A DNA stretch of 36,953 nucleotides from Chlamydiae bacterium RIFCSPHIGHO2_12_FULL_49_11 (GCA_001794905.1 MGLW01000008.1:1-36953); one strand, 5' to 3'; shown: positions 25,246-33,852, numbered from the stretch's first letter. Program-made: numbers and translations. The notes: generated by a model from the letters alone, not told the origin.

Positions 25246-26218
25246 TGTGATACCACGTAAACGTTTGTTCAATTCCTTCTTCGAAGGAGATCCGGGGCAT
25301 AAAACCCAGTTCCTTTCGGATTTTCGTCATATTGATGGCGTAGCGGAAATCATGTCCTGGCCTGTCGGGAACGAAAATCACCCGTTTTTTCAATTCCTCG
25401 TAAGAGTGGTCTGTATATTTCAGAGCCACACGGATGATGGTTTCCACCACTTGGAGGTTGGTCATCTCTATGCCGCCACCCAAATTCCACACCGTATTTT
25501 TCCGCTTTGCATTCAATATCGACCATATGCCACGAGAATGATCCCTCACGAAAAGCCATTCGCGGATATTTTGCCCCGTGCCGTAGAGAGGGACCGGCTC
25601 TTCATGAAGCAAGGCGTAGATCGTTTTCGGAATCAACTTTTCCGGATTTTGCCACGGGCCGAAATTATTCGATGAATGGGAAATGGAATATTCCAATCCG
25701 TAGGTGATGCCTGCTGCAGCGACAAGGTGATCGCTTGCCGCTTTGGACGCCGAATAGGGCGAGCGGGGACGGTATGGACTCGATTCGGTAAAGGCCCCCT
25801 TTTTCCGAAGCTGTCCGTATACTTCATCCGTGGAAATGTGATGAATATAAATATTTCCTATGGAGAGGGCCGCTTCAAGAAGAACTTCGGTGCCGAGAAC
25901 ATTTGTGCCGACAAAGACGCCGGGCTCATTGATACTGCGATCGACATGGGATTCGGCGGCAAAGTGGACAATCGTTTTGATGTGATATTTCTGCAAAAGG
26001 CGGAGGACGCTTTCCCGGTCGAGAATATCGCCCCGTTCAAACAGATAACGGGGATGATTTTCTACCGATTTAAGCGCATCGAGATTGGCTGCATAAGTCA
26101 AAAGATCGTAGTTGACTACAAGACCGGGATAATCGATCTCTTCGAGAAGCAGCCGGATAAAGTCGGAGCCCATGAAACCGGCTCCGCCCGTCACGAGAAT
26201 ATTGCCTAGGTTTTCCAT
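25202..26218 (-). CDS. rfbB: dTDP-glucose 4,6-dehydratase
   Basis: Extended-SDR motifs are present: ILVTGGAGFMGS, catalytic YSASKAASDH, and the RmlB-type C-terminus (PGHDFRYAI...TF.WY). Confidence 0.92.
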   Translation of the reverse strand: MENLGNILVTGGAGFMGSDFIRLLLEEIDYPGLVVNYDLLTYAANLDALKSVENHPRYLFERGDILDRESVLRLLQKYHIKTIVHFAAESHVDRSINEPGVFVGTNVLGTEVLLEAALSIGNIYIHHISTDEVYGQLRKKGAFTESSPYRPRSPYSASKAASDHLVAAAGITYGLEYSISHSSNNFGPWQNPEKLIPKTIYALLHEEPVPLYGTGQNIREWLFVRDHSRGIWSILNAKRKNTVWNLGGGIEMTNLQVVETIIRVALKYTDHSYEELKKRVIFVPDRPGHDFRYAINMTKIRKELGFMPRISFEEGIEQTFTWYHNVVSKEKNCLHHPC

Positions 26219-27078
26219 ACATCCGCTTTGTGACTAAAGTATTCTGCCAGGGCCTCTTTCCAGTGGCGCGGCACCTTTCCCGCGATACTTTGATATTTTC
26301 GCGTAGAGAGGACCGTTCTGACGGGACGCGTAGCTCCTCGGGATACTTCTCTCTGCGTTTTTGGCACGAGACGCTTTGCACGCACGGGAACTCTCCACGT
26401 ATGGCACAAGCTTAGCACCTCTTGGAGAAGTTCGAACCTGCTGCACCATCCTCCATTCACGAAATGGACAATCCCCTTTTCTCCGGAGAGAATAAGTAGC
26501 GCCTCTGCAAGATCGGGAGTATAGGTGGGAGTGGAAATCTGGTCGGTAATATGGAACGCTTCTTCTTGCGTTTGGAGCGCTTTCACCATTGCCGCCACAT
26601 GCCCGTCTTTGTGAAGGCCGTACAGAGATGCAGTGCGCACGCTGAGGGCTGCCGGATAGGCGGCAAACATTCCCCTCTCCCCTTCTAATTTTGATCTGCC
26701 GTATTCGTTGACCGCGCCCGTTGGATCGTCTTCGGTGTAATCAGTCTCTTTCTTCCCGTCAAACACATAATCGGTACTCACATGGATGAAGCGGGCGCTC
26801 GTTTTTTTTGCAACGTGCGCAATGTGAATCGGACCATCCCGATTTGTCGCATACGCCTCTTCCTTGCCTTCAGTTTCGGCACGGTTCACATCGGTGTAGG
26901 CAGCCATATTGAAAATGTGCGTCGGCCGCTCTTTTTCCACAAACGCCTCGATCGCGCTTTCCGAGGTAATGTCGAGCTCAGAATGGGAAGTTCCCACCCA
27001 TTCGATCCCTTTTGCGGAAAGAAGAAGGCCGAGGTCAAATCCGAGAAGGCCGCCGCTTGCCACAACCCAACATTTCAT
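26206..27078 (-). CDS. rfbD: dTDP-4-dehydrorhamnose reductase
   Basis: RmlD pattern is present (LDITSESAIEAFVEKERPTHIFNMAAYTDVNRAE, IHVSTDYVFDG, YGRSKLEGE, DQISTPTYTPDLA). ATG 27078 forms an ATGA overlap with the rfbC stop. Confidence 0.9.
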   Translation of the reverse strand: MKCWVVASGGLLGFDLGLLLSAKGIEWVGTSHSELDITSESAIEAFVEKERPTHIFNMAAYTDVNRAETEGKEEAYATNRDGPIHIAHVAKKTSARFIHVSTDYVFDGKKETDYTEDDPTGAVNEYGRSKLEGERGMFAAYPAALSVRTASLYGLHKDGHVAAMVKALQTQEEAFHITDQISTPTYTPDLAEALLILSGEKGIVHFVNGGWCSRFELLQEVLSLCHTWRVPVRAKRLVPKTQREVSRGATRPVRTVLSTRKYQSIAGKVPRHWKEALAEYFSHKADVWKT

Positions 27079-27578
27079 GCCGTTTTCCCCAAACAAGGAA
27101 GGGCCTGATCGCGCCTTGATACGATCGGTTGATCGACCGGCCACGGAATCTGCAGCATTGGATCTAAAAAATGAATCCCTCCCTGCAGCAGTGGATCATA
27201 ATATGCAGACACTTTATACATCACGGTTGCCTCTTCGGTAAGGACGCAAAACCCGTGGGCAAAACCGTCCGGAACAAAAAGGGAATTTCCATTTTCAAAA
27301 CTGAGCTCGAAACTTTGCCATGTTCCGAAGGCGGGGGAGTCGGGGCGGATATCAAGGGCAACATCAAATATGGCTCCCTTCAGTACCGTTACGTATTTAC
27401 TCTGACCCGGCTGAAAATGGAGACCGCGGATCACCCCTTTTTTAGAAAAAGAGCAGTTGTCCTGCACAAAACGGGCCGAGAGAGAAGAGTCGCGAAATAG
27501 TTCGGAAAAAAAGCCTCTCTCGTCATGGTATCGCACAGAAGTGATCAATCGTGGCTGATCTAAAAAAACCTCTTGCAT
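27075..27578 (-). CDS. rfbC: dTDP-4-dehydrorhamnose 3,5-epimerase
   Basis: RmlC cupin motifs are present (DERGFFSELF, NCSFSKKGVIRGLHFQ, KYVTVLKGAIFDVALDIR, LFVPDGFAHGF, MYKVSAYYDP). Confidence 0.92.
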   Translation of the reverse strand: MQEVFLDQPRLITSVRYHDERGFFSELFRDSSLSARFVQDNCSFSKKGVIRGLHFQPGQSKYVTVLKGAIFDVALDIRPDSPAFGTWQSFELSFENGNSLFVPDGFAHGFCVLTEEATVMYKVSAYYDPLLQGGIHFLDPMLQIPWPVDQPIVSRRDQALPCLGKTA

Positions 27579-27763
27579 GGCCAGATTGTAATTGAAAAAA
27601 CCATTTTTTGCGAGCGGAAAACGCCCCCTTTCGGGTAAAATGGGAGCATGTTAAAAGCCATTCCTCGAGCCCGAGACTATATCGGCATCAATAAAATCAA
27701 TCCCGACCTATGGGAGCGGCAAGTGTGGGGCTTTTCCCCCTCCCTTTTTACCCGTCTTTTCGG

Positions 27764-28348
27764 TCACCCCAGAAATGCAACCGTTACGTTGCGCTCCTTT
27801 GTCTTATCCCGCCTAAACGAAAAAAAATTCCCGGAACCGCACAAGGTGCACACCCTTTCCACCCGAATATTGTGAAGGTGCACCCCTGCCTCGACAAGCT
27901 GCATCTTCGTGATCGCCCATAAGTCAAAGTAATGGGGCCTGATTTGAAACGGATGAAAAGCGGGGGGGAATTCGGTAAGAAAATTTTTGAATTCGGCATG
28001 GTTTGGGCATAGAGATGGCCCGATATGCACCTCGAGCCGGGAAGGATCAGAACCGAAGCGGCTTTCCATTTTTCGCACCGCTACCTGCACGATACCGCTT
28101 ACCATGCCCCGCCACCCGGCATGGACCGCTCCAAGAACCTCCCGTCCCGGATCGTACAGTACAATCGGCTGGCAATCGGCATGGCGAATAACAAGCGCCA
28201 CGTCCCGCCTCTGGGTGATCACTCCGTCCTGGAACGGACCCATCCCGTCCTCAAGCACATCAACCACATCGGAATGCACCTGATGCATATGTATGGGAGA
28301 CTTTTGGCCCATGAGGGCAGCATCGGAAGAAGAGCAAAAATGTTTCAT
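27764..28348 (-). CDS. pgeF: YfiH/PgeF-family (DUF152, peptidoglycan editing factor / laccase-domain) protein, short N-terminus
   Basis: Motifs QVHSDVV, RHADCQPIVLYDP, GAVHAGWRG and CTLCGSGNFFSFRRD are present. At 194 aa it appears to lack the first ~50 residues of typical ~240-aa members. Confidence 0.8.
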   Translation of the reverse strand: MKHFCSSSDAALMGQKSPIHMHQVHSDVVDVLEDGMGPFQDGVITQRRDVALVIRHADCQPIVLYDPGREVLGAVHAGWRGMVSGIVQVAVRKMESRFGSDPSRLEVHIGPSLCPNHAEFKNFLTEFPPAFHPFQIRPHYFDLWAITKMQLVEAGVHLHNIRVERVCTLCGSGNFFSFRRDKTKERNVTVAFLG

Positions 28349-28683
28349 TGCTTCATGATGATATACGAGTTGTCTTTTTTTTTCATGGCTCGCTCTGCCG
28401 GAGTCAGATTTTTCGAGGGATCTTTTTCATTTGCCTTGCGATTGCGCGCCAGGATCGCATCGATGGCGGCGTAAGGACTTTGTCCTTTCTTCGTGAAAGC
28501 CGTCACTTGCTTTTTCTGCTGATCGTCAAGGGCATAAATATACACTTTCTGATACATCGGCGAAAGCTTCTGTACCACCTCATCTTCGGGAGCCTTGTTT
28601 TGTGCGACGAGGCAAAGAGTGCATACCAGGAGAGCTATATTATTCATTAATTGTCGTATCGCGTATTTGCCTATTTTTGTCAT
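28345..28683 (-). CDS. Small secreted/periplasmic hypothetical protein
   Basis: The start is set at ATG 28683 (MTKIGKYAIRQLMNNIALLVCTLCLVAQN-), which gives a signal-peptide-like N-terminus. The mature part is Lys-rich. Its stop overlaps the pgeF start (ATGA). Confidence 0.55.
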   Translation of the reverse strand: MTKIGKYAIRQLMNNIALLVCTLCLVAQNKAPEDEVVQKLSPMYQKVYIYALDDQQKKQVTAFTKKGQSPYAAIDAILARNRKANEKDPSKNLTPAERAMKKKDNSYIIMKQ

Positions 28684-28738
28684 TGTTGAAAAAATCAATA
28701 AAATAAATTACTATCCAAAGAAATAATCGAGAAAAATT

Positions 28739-29182
28739 ATGAAGCATAAAGATTGCGATAATTGTCATCAAGATATCGCCTTTTGCTATAAATATTTAGA
28801 GAAGGGGGGAGAAAAGCGGCTGGAAATGTGCGCCCAGTGCCCCAAATTGCGGGAAATTTATGGAGAAACTTCTCCCCATGCATTTTTGCGCTGCCCGGAG
28901 TGCCGCCTTGATGTGCATGAGCTCCGCCGCACAAAAGAATGCGGCTGCGCCTCTTGCTATTCGACATTTGAGAGCGAAATTTTTTCGCTCCTGCAAAAGC
29001 CCGCTTCAGGGGAAACGGTCCACATCGGCCATAAACCCCAAACAGGGAGTGATCTCAACCTTTCAGAAAAAATTTCGTCCCTCCACCTCGCCTTGAACGA
29101 CGCACTCCAACATGAAAAATACGAGCTTGCAGCACAAATCCGTGACGAAATCAGCTCCATTACGAATGGGAGGGCTCCGTGA
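28739..29182 (+). CDS. mcsA: McsA-like protein (Cys-rich zinc-finger region plus UVR motif)
   Basis: Four CxxC pairs are present (CDNCHQ, CAQCPK, CPECRL, CASCYS), with a C-terminal UvrB/C-type motif (EKYELAAQIRDEI). It is followed by an overlapping mcsB-like gene. Confidence 0.75.
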   Translation: MKHKDCDNCHQDIAFCYKYLEKGGEKRLEMCAQCPKLREIYGETSPHAFLRCPECRLDVHELRRTKECGCASCYSTFESEIFSLLQKPASGETVHIGHKPQTGSDLNLSEKISSLHLALNDALQHEKYELAAQIRDEISSITNGRAP

Positions 29183-30060
29183 TCGATTTTACCGGCCTTT
29201 TACAAAATGCACAGATGGTTCTGGAACTTAGGCGCAATATCGAGCCGTATAAGTTCACCCACAAGCTGTCCGATGCCGATAAAAAAGAAATCGGAGACCT
29301 TCTCAAAGAGATCCTTGAACCTCAGTGCGTTTCATATACCCCTTCCCAACCGGAATCGGAGCTTGTCTTCGGCCACAAGGTCCGGACCCTGTATAAGCAT
29401 GCATCGCGGCCGATAGTGATTGCTCCTTTGTCGGAGGATCATCTCCACTTTTTTACCATCGCAAATCCTTCCGAGCTTTTCTCTGCCTACGACTCACTGA
29501 TTGCCTTTGAGGAAGAACTGAGCCGCCGTTTTACCTATGCATTCCATGACAAATTCGGGTACCTGACTGCCGGGATCGACTATGCAGGCGCCGCCCTTAC
29601 CGTTAAAAGCCTTCTCTTTGCCCCGCTATCGGACTACTGCACGCTGCAATTTCCTCCCGGAATGGAATTTGTTCTCGGCCGGACCAGTCCGCCTCTGTTT
29701 TTAACTCTATGTAACATTACATCCCTAGGCGTCACGGAAAAATACTTGCTCGAAACGGCAAAAAGGGGGATATTGGAGCTCCAAAATGAGTACAGGTCCG
29801 CCGCCCGAGAGCTTATGAAAACTTCTTCCCTCGAAATCAAAGACCGTGCCGTCCGTGCCCTTGTCATTGTCAAAAATGCCCTCTGCCTGACGAAGAAAGA
29901 CTTGGATGAGCACTTGCCCCACTTATTCGTCGGTGTACAAAACGGATGGGTCAGAAATATCACCGAAGCAGAACTTTTTGCCGTCTATGCACAAGCGCTC
30001 TCGTCCGACCCTCTTGCCCGATTGCAACACGACTTTACCTCGATGACATTTTCTCCATGA
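29179..30060 (+). CDS. McsB-like guanidino-kinase-fold protein with degenerate active-site motif (probable pseudokinase)
   Basis: The GTG start overlaps the mcsA TGA (GTGA), with GGGAGGG upstream. It is collinear with McsB (LSEDHLHFF..., YAFHDKFGYLT, SSLEIKDRAVRALVIV). The CPTN-VGTG-LR segment is replaced by AGIDYAGAALTVK. It is 293 aa against ~350-360 aa for typical McsB. Confidence 0.7.
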   Translation: MIDFTGLLQNAQMVLELRRNIEPYKFTHKLSDADKKEIGDLLKEILEPQCVSYTPSQPESELVFGHKVRTLYKHASRPIVIAPLSEDHLHFFTIANPSELFSAYDSLIAFEEELSRRFTYAFHDKFGYLTAGIDYAGAALTVKSLLFAPLSDYCTLQFPPGMEFVLGRTSPPLFLTLCNITSLGVTEKYLLETAKRGILELQNEYRSAARELMKTSSLEIKDRAVRALVIVKNALCLTKKDLDEHLPHLFVGVQNGWVRNITEAELFAVYAQALSSDPLARLQHDFTSMTFSP

Positions 30061-30722
30061 GTATTGGTTTTGTTCTCCTTGCCGCGGGCAAAGGGAACCG
30101 CTTTAAAAGTGCTACCTTGAAACAATTTTGTAAGCTACGGGGCCGGCCCGTTTATGAATATCCACTTCAAACCGCTACTCTTTCATGCCTCTTCGATACG
30201 ATCATTGTCGTTGTGCCTGCCGGTTATAACATCGATTTTCCGCATACCGTCATCGGCGGCAAAGAACGCCGTGATTCTTCCCTCGCAGGAATTCAAAGGT
30301 GCATGGAACTCGGGATCGAATATGTCGTCATTCATGATGCCTGCCGGCCCCTCGTCTCCGAGCGAATCCTTACCGACCACTGCCGCCTTGTGAAATCCCA
30401 TGGTGCGGTGAACACGGTGATCGATTCACCCGATACGATCAATATCATCGAAAAGGGGTGTGTTTCTGCCATTCCACCCCGGTGGCAATGCAAACTCGGA
30501 CAAACGCCGCAAAGTTTCTCTACCAAACTGATTCATGAAGCCCATCTCCGTTTTCCCGATGCCGACGTTACCGACGATTGCGGGCTCGTCCTTGCCATGG
30601 GCCATCCGGTCACGCTTGTACAGGGTGAGGAAAAAAACCGGAAACTCACTACGCAAGGCGATTTTGAGATTCTTTGTCACATCATGAAAAAAGAGCTTAA
30701 TCAAAAAAAGCTCGCAGTATAA
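30057..30722 (+). CDS. ispD: 2-C-methyl-D-erythritol 4-phosphate cytidylyltransferase
   Basis: The start is set at ATG 30057 (ATGA overlap with the preceding stop), giving MSIGFVLLAAGKGNRF. Further motifs are GGKERRDSS and VVIHDACRPLV. Confidence 0.88.
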   Translation: MSIGFVLLAAGKGNRFKSATLKQFCKLRGRPVYEYPLQTATLSCLFDTIIVVVPAGYNIDFPHTVIGGKERRDSSLAGIQRCMELGIEYVVIHDACRPLVSERILTDHCRLVKSHGAVNTVIDSPDTINIIEKGCVSAIPPRWQCKLGQTPQSFSTKLIHEAHLRFPDADVTDDCGLVLAMGHPVTLVQGEEKNRKLTTQGDFEILCHIMKKELNQKKLAV

Positions 30723-30731
30723 AATAGACGC

Positions 30732-31337
30732 GTGGCAAAGCTATATTTTTATTTTTCCGCTATGAATGCGGGAAAAAGCACAACCCTCTTGCAAGCCAGT
30801 TACAACTACCGTGAGCGGGGCATGGAGACGCTGCTGTTTTGTCCCGGTTTCGACACGCGCTATGGAAAACCTGCCATCACTTCCCGCATCGGTCTCAGTT
30901 CCGATTCCTATTTATTTGACTATTCGTTCCGTTTTCTCCCCTTTATCCGAGACCAGTATGAACAAGCCGACAATTTGAAATGCGTTCTTGTGGATGAGGC
31001 CCACTTCCTGACAAAGAATCAGGTAATTGAGCTCTCGCACGTGACTTCAGAACTCAAGCTTCCCGTACTGACGTATGGACTGAGGACCGATTTTTTAGGA
31101 GAGCCGTTTGAGGGGAGCAAGTATTTGCTCTGTTGGGCGGAAGAGATCATCGAAATCAAAACGATGTGCACCTGCGGGAAAAAAGCGACGATGAACGTGC
31201 GCATCGACGAAAATAAAAATCCGGTCAAGCATGGATCCAAAGTACAAATCGGCGGTAATGAAAGTTACATTTCCACTTGCCGCGCCTGTTTTGAAAAAAA
31301 AGTCGGCTTGCCCGTGACCGAGGAGGTCCTCCTATGA
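30732..31337 (+). CDS. tdk: Thymidine kinase
   Basis: The GTG start gives MAKLYFYFSAMNAGKSTTLLQASYNYRERGM (P-loop). Other motifs are VLVDEAHFL, YGLRTDF and the zinc-ribbon cysteines (CTCGKKAT...STCRAC). The N-terminus closely parallels enterobacterial Tdk as I remember it. Confidence 0.92.
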   Translation: MAKLYFYFSAMNAGKSTTLLQASYNYRERGMETLLFCPGFDTRYGKPAITSRIGLSSDSYLFDYSFRFLPFIRDQYEQADNLKCVLVDEAHFLTKNQVIELSHVTSELKLPVLTYGLRTDFLGEPFEGSKYLLCWAEEIIEIKTMCTCGKKATMNVRIDENKNPVKHGSKVQIGGNESYISTCRACFEKKVGLPVTEEVLL

Positions 31338-32584
31338 CAAAAACAAGACAAATCGGATTTTTAGCATGCCTGATGGCTGCTTTCTTTTTTGCCTTTGAGC
31401 TCATCCAGCTCCATATGATGAATGTACTTTCATCGGATGTGATGCACGAGCTCAAGTTGAATGCTGCCGCCTGGGGCACTCTTACCTCGTCGTATCTTTT
31501 TGCCGACGTCCTTTTTCTCATCCCTGCCGGAATTATCCTTGACCGCCTGTCCGTGCGCCGAGTTATTCTCGCTTCGGTCGTCCTTTGCATCATCGGCATT
31601 TTCGGCTTTGCCAACGCCTTTAACCTTGTCTCCGCCTCCTTCTTCCATTTCATTTCCGGCATAGGCAATGCATTCTGTTTTCTTTCATGCATGACTCTCG
31701 CCACCAAGTGGTTTGAGCCGAAGCGGCGCGGGTTTATCATGGCGCTCATGATCACTGTCGGCATGCTCGGCGCCGCCCTTGCGCAGTGGCCGGTCTCTCT
31801 CCTCATGCAAACATTTACCTGGCGCTCACTTCTTCTTCTCGACGGCGCCCTCGGCTTTTTCCTCCTGATTGGAGTGTACCTTTTCGTCCATGAACCGCTA
31901 ACCCCCGCCAGTTCCCCCATCATCACGTGGAAAGGGAGTTTCCGCCTTTTCACAAAAGCGCTCCGCAATCCCCAAAACATGCTCAGCGGCCTTTACATTT
32001 CGCTGATGAACATGCCGCTGATGCTCCTTGGCGCCGTCTGGGGCAATCTTTTCCTCAAGCAGATTTTTCACTTCTCCGATCAAGATGCGGCGATGATCAT
32101 TGGCATGATTGCGACAGGTACAATTTTCGGAAGCACTTTCTTCGGCTGGCTCAGTGAGCGTCTTGCCGAAAAACGTTTCCCCATGCGCGTCGGTGCCTTT
32201 ACCTCTTTTTTCCTCCTCATCGCCATCTTTCTCATGCCGCAGGAATCAAAGGTCCTCTTTGCCGTCCTCTATTTCCTCCTTGGTTTTTTCACAAGCAGCC
32301 AGGTGCTTGGCTATCCCGTCATCACCGAAAACTCTCCTCAGGATTATCCCGCCACATCGCTGGGAGTCGGTGGAGTTCTCGTTATGGGGCTGCCGATGCT
32401 CCTCTACCCGTTCACCGGCTTTTTGCTCGACCTCTCCTGGGATCAACTGCTCGTCGACGGCGTGCGCCTCTTCTCGCTGCAAAATTTCCTCGTCGCTTTC
32501 TCCATCATGCCGATCGGCATCTTCCTCTCCTTCTTCCTCACTCACTTTATTAGGGAACAGAAGGCCGTCATCGAAAACCCTTAG
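31334..32584 (+). CDS. MFS transporter
   Basis: 416 aa with about 12 hydrophobic helices. The MFS loop-2/3 motif GIILDRLSVRRV is present. The ATGA overlap with the tdk stop suggests an operon. Confidence 0.85.
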   Translation: MTKTRQIGFLACLMAAFFFAFELIQLHMMNVLSSDVMHELKLNAAAWGTLTSSYLFADVLFLIPAGIILDRLSVRRVILASVVLCIIGIFGFANAFNLVSASFFHFISGIGNAFCFLSCMTLATKWFEPKRRGFIMALMITVGMLGAALAQWPVSLLMQTFTWRSLLLLDGALGFFLLIGVYLFVHEPLTPASSPIITWKGSFRLFTKALRNPQNMLSGLYISLMNMPLMLLGAVWGNLFLKQIFHFSDQDAAMIIGMIATGTIFGSTFFGWLSERLAEKRFPMRVGAFTSFFLLIAIFLMPQESKVLFAVLYFLLGFFTSSQVLGYPVITENSPQDYPATSLGVGGVLVMGLPMLLYPFTGFLLDLSWDQLLVDGVRLFSLQNFLVAFSIMPIGIFLSFFLTHFIREQKAVIENP

Positions 32585-32602
32585 GGAGTGTCGTCAAATA
32601 AT
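32581..32602. repeat. Left copy of a 22-nt direct repeat TTAGGGAGTGTCGTCAAATAAT
   Basis: Matches 36058-36079 (TTAGGGTGTGTCGTCAAATAAT) at 21 of 22 positions. In both copies it begins at the TAG stop of a plus-strand gene and lies in a ~33-nt convergent spacer. Confidence 0.85.
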
Positions 32603-32617
32603 TTCATAAATTCGGCC

Positions 32618-33682
32618 TCATTCACCATCTTTCGTCTCCTGGAGTCGTTTCTTAGCTCGCTTAGCGGCATTCTGGAGAGTTTGACGGAGAGCTTCCTTAG
32701 AAGGTAGTGCAGTCAGGTACTCTGCGACATGGATACCTGCTTTACCTAGTTCGAGGAGTTCAATGCACTCTTGGTTTTTCCCAGTGCAGAGGATGAGTCC
32801 CATGGGGGCTTCTTCGCCTGGCGCCCGCTCGTATTTGTCTAGCCAGCGGAGGTAGAGTTCCATCTGCCCTTTGTATTCGGGTTTGAAGTCGCCGAGCTTG
32901 AGTTCTATGACAACCAACCTCCTTAGTCGTCTATGGAAGAAGAGGAGATCTATGTAGAAGTCGGTGCTGTCTACAATGATTCTCTTCTGCCGTGCGAGGA
33001 AGCTAAACCCGATTCCTAACTCCAGGAAGAATTGCTCAAGCTCGCGCATGATGGCATCTTCGAGGTCTTTCTCCACATAGTGATCATTTAGTTTGAGAAA
33101 TTCCAACACATAGGGATCGCGGAAAACAAGGTCAGGAGCAAGTTGATCTTCTTTGCATAATGCGTCTAGCTCTAGTCTAACGAGTTCTTCTGGCTTTTTG
33201 GATAGGGCAGTACGCTCAAAGAGCATGGAGTCGATCTTCTTCTGCAAGGTCCGTACATTCCATCTCTCCACTCTGCACATTTCTGCATAGAAGTCCCTCT
33301 TGAGGGGGTCTTTGATGGGAAGGAGGAGGGTAAAATGGGTCCAACTCAATTGTCGCATCAGTGATGCGACAATTTGCTCATCGGGGAAAAGCTCTCCAAA
33401 CTGGATCATTCTGCGTAAGCTTTTTTCTGAGAAGCCCTTACCGTAGTCAAGTGTCAATTGTCGCGCCACTGATGCGACAATCTCTTCTCCATATTCGGCA
33501 CGTGTATTTTTCAAAATTTCTTTACGCACCCTATTCCCTAGGCTCCAATAGAGCATTCCTAATCTGTGGTTTACAGCAGATGCGATAGCGCCTTTGGTTT
33601 GATTAATCATTTCTCTAAGGTCTTTCACCAGGGTGTCTATTTGACTTTGAGGTGGTTGAGTTGTCCGGGTTTGGATAGTCAT
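32618..33682 (-). CDS. YhcG/DUF1016-family PD-(D/E)XK nuclease-domain protein
   Basis: 354 aa with SD GGGAGG. The typical DUF1016 N-region is present (LSWTHFTLLLPIKDPLKRDFYAEMCRVERWNVRTLQKKIDSMLFER). The C-terminal nuclease core has D...ExK (FYIDLLFFHRRLRRLVVIELKLGDF). Confidence 0.8.
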   Translation of the reverse strand: MTIQTRTTQPPQSQIDTLVKDLREMINQTKGAIASAVNHRLGMLYWSLGNRVRKEILKNTRAEYGEEIVASVARQLTLDYGKGFSEKSLRRMIQFGELFPDEQIVASLMRQLSWTHFTLLLPIKDPLKRDFYAEMCRVERWNVRTLQKKIDSMLFERTALSKKPEELVRLELDALCKEDQLAPDLVFRDPYVLEFLKLNDHYVEKDLEDAIMRELEQFFLELGIGFSFLARQKRIIVDSTDFYIDLLFFHRRLRRLVVIELKLGDFKPEYKGQMELYLRWLDKYERAPGEEAPMGLILCTGKNQECIELLELGKAGIHVAEYLTALPSKEALRQTLQNAAKRAKKRLQETKDGE

Positions 33683-33852
33683 AAAGAACCTCCCTTAAGG
33701 ATTTGATCTGAAATCTGGTTACTGAATTGTTTGGTTACCTCTACGTGTCCATACAGAGCGGTGATGCTAAGCGGCATAAATTTTAAACTTGAATCTTGAT
33801 TTTCTTCAAGCCGAATTGTGCCGAAATGCGATGGAATGTACTGGAAAACATG

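Noticed and set aside
25025-26209. Plus-strand ORFs of 216 aa and 177 aa opposite kdsB and rfbB
   Set aside because: They are antisense to two genes with clear catalytic motifs, and their translations are low-complexity with no family resemblance.
27648-27875. 75-aa plus-strand ORF starting in the rfbC-pgeF spacer
   Set aside because: About half of it overlaps the pgeF 3' end in antisense. It has no SD and no recognisable motif. The spacer more likely holds the rfbC promoter.
31225-31980. 251-aa minus-strand ORF opposite the tdk end and the MFS gene
   Set aside because: It is an Arg/Lys/Met-rich nonsense-like translation. The plus-strand MFS reading frame has proper helices and the DRxxRR-type motif.
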